Assembly: GCA_012862495.1 (NCBI GenBank) | Contig: BLSG01000182.1 | Coordinates: forward strand, 153,889 to 186,934 | Direction of reading: 5' to 3' | From: Thraustochytrium aureum | Lineage: Eukaryota | DNA length: 33,046 nucleotides | In this document: positions 31,393-33,046 of the stretch, piece by piece | How positions within the stretch are numbered: position 1 is the first letter of the stretch | Layout: each line of letters starts with the position of its first letter | Program-made: the position numbers and the translations under genes | The notes under the pieces: model-generated | Database searches by the model: none | Told to the model about the DNA's origin: nothing | The model's input: the letters and a program-made list of their open reading frames with translations, nothing else

Positions 31393-32211
31393 AACGCACG
31401 CACGCACGCACGCACTCTCGCAGGCTCGCAGGCACGCAGGCAAGCAAACAGCGAGCGTGCCGGCACGGCCGCGACCAACTTGCGCGCAGAGGCGCGGCTG
31501 GCCGCTGGCGGCCTGGCCTTCTGACCTCTGCAGGCAGCAGGGTAAAAAAAGGTCGCCGTGGCGCACAGGCCGCGGCTCGGGGGCTATTGTGCCCAGACGC
31601 GGAGGCGGGCGGGGCGGGGCGCGATTGAGCGCGGGCGGGACCTGTGAGCTGTGGCTGTGAGCGAGCCGGAGGGCGCGCGCCTGTTTGCGCGCCTGGCGCC
31701 GCAGGGCGAGCGGAAAGGCTGCCAGCGACGCGTGCCCGGCAAGGCGCTTGCGACCTCGCAAGGCAAGCACGATGGGCAACGNNNNNNNNNNNNNNNNNNN
31801 NNNNNNNNNNNNNNNNNNNNNNNNNNNNNNNNNNNNNNNNNNNNNNNNNNNNNNNNNNNNNNNNNNNNNNNNNNNNNNNNNNNNNNNNNNNNNNNNNNNN
31901 NNNNNNNNNNNNNNNNNNNNNNNNNNNNNNNNNNNNNNNNNNNNNNNNNNNNNNNNNNNNNNNNNNNNNNNNNNNNNNNNNNNNNNNNNNNNNNNNNNNN
32001 NNNNNNNNNNNNNNNNNNNNNNNNNNNNNNNNNNNNNNNNNNNNNNNNNNNNNNNNNNNNNNNNNNNNNNNNNNNNNNNNNNNNNNNNNNNNNNNNNNNN
32101 NNNNNNNNNNNNNNNNNNNNNNNNNNNNNNNNNNNNNNNNNNNNNNNNNNNNNNNNNNNNNNNNNNNNNNNNNNNNNNNNNNNNNNNNNNNNNNNNNNNN
32201 NNNNNNNNNCT

Positions 32212-33046
32212 CGCAAGGGCAAACGCTCGGCAGCGTCCAAGCGCGCGTCCGAGCTGCTAAACTCGGAGAGCCAAGCGGCATCCCCAAAGACGGCTGCCGC
32301 GGCTGCAGCGGCTGCCCAGTCTGCAGCGGCAGCAATGAGCAGCGGCAGCTCGCTGTCCATGGGGACGGGGAGCATCAATTCGATCGAGCTGCTCAACAAA
32401 ATGCTGGAAACGAAAGGCGACGCGGGGCTCATGATCCATGGCGACCTCGACACCAACCAGGACGGCAGCGCGATCCGGCCGCGGTACTGGAGCCCCGAGG
32501 AGGACCAAAAGCTGCGCATGGCCGTCGAGCAGTACGGCGCCAAGCACTGGAAAACCATCGCCACCTTTGTCCCGGGCCGCACCCACGTGCAGTGCCTACA
32601 GAGGTGGAACAAGGTCCTAAAGCCTGGGCTGCGCAAGGGCGCGTGGACGGACGAGGAGGACGGGACGCTGACCCGCCTCGTCAAGGAAATGGAGCCGGAG
32701 GTCAACTGGAGCGAGGTCGCAGTGCATATTCCTGGCCGCAGTGCCAAGCAGTGCCGCGAGCGCTGGAGCTTCAACCTTGATCCTGGAATCAACAAGGGCG
32801 ACTGGACCGAGGAGGAGGACGAGACCCTGCTCAAGGCGCAGGTCGAGGTGGGAAACAAGTGGTCGCAGATCGCGGCCAGGCTCCCGGGACGAACCGAGAA
32901 CGCGATCAAGACGCGCTTCAAGAGCATCCTCCGCGCCAAAAAGCGCGAGTGGCGCCCCTCGGAGGACGCGCTGCTCTTAAAGTACCACGAGGAGCTCGGC
33001 AACAATTGGGAGGAAATTGCCTCGCGGCTCCCGAACCGCACCAAGA
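32212..33046 (+). CDS. Myb transcription factor with R1R2R3 plus a fourth repeat (partial at both ends; absent from the ORF track because it runs off the window)
   Basis: Manual translation: poly-Ala, then YWSPEEDQKLRMAVEQYGAKHWKTIATFVPGRTHVQCLQRWNKVLKPGLRKGAWTDEED...NWSEVAVHIPGRSAKQCRERWSFNLDPGINKGDWTEEED...GNKWSQIAARLPGRTENAIKTRF...EWRPSEDALLLKYHEELGNNWEEIASRLPNRTK. Confidence 0.96.

Overview
GC-rich, gene-dense eukaryotic DNA from a gappy draft assembly (11 long N-runs plus several single-base indels). Two short GT-AG introns, a SNARE, a G-alpha, a Myb factor and ZMYND10 point to a flagellated protist; a stramenopile such as a thraustochytrid is plausible but not proven. Genes in order: TPR-like fragment (+), pyruvate kinase (-), Qc-type SNARE (+), coiled-coil hypothetical with a possible ICE1-like C-terminus (-), divergent G-alpha (+), bacterial-type PARG/TIGR02452 (-), OSCA/TMEM63 channel (+), mitochondrial Asp-tRNA ligase (-), EsV-1-7-like Cys/His repeat protein (-), ZMYND10 (+), ankyrin-BTB-BACK protein (+), AGC kinase (-), orphan GPI-anchored surface protein (-) and a Myb factor with at least 4 repeats (+). 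The most unusual parts are: (i) a repeat-structured island at 28.7-31.6 kb, where the surface-protein gene lies between diverged direct repeats and its upstream region is bounded by ~75 bp inverted repeats and packed with hairpins; (ii) the alternating two-type EsV-1-7-like repeat protein; (iii) a G-alpha lacking the N-terminal helix and several conserved switch residues. No rRNA, tRNA, CRISPR array or transposase was recognised.
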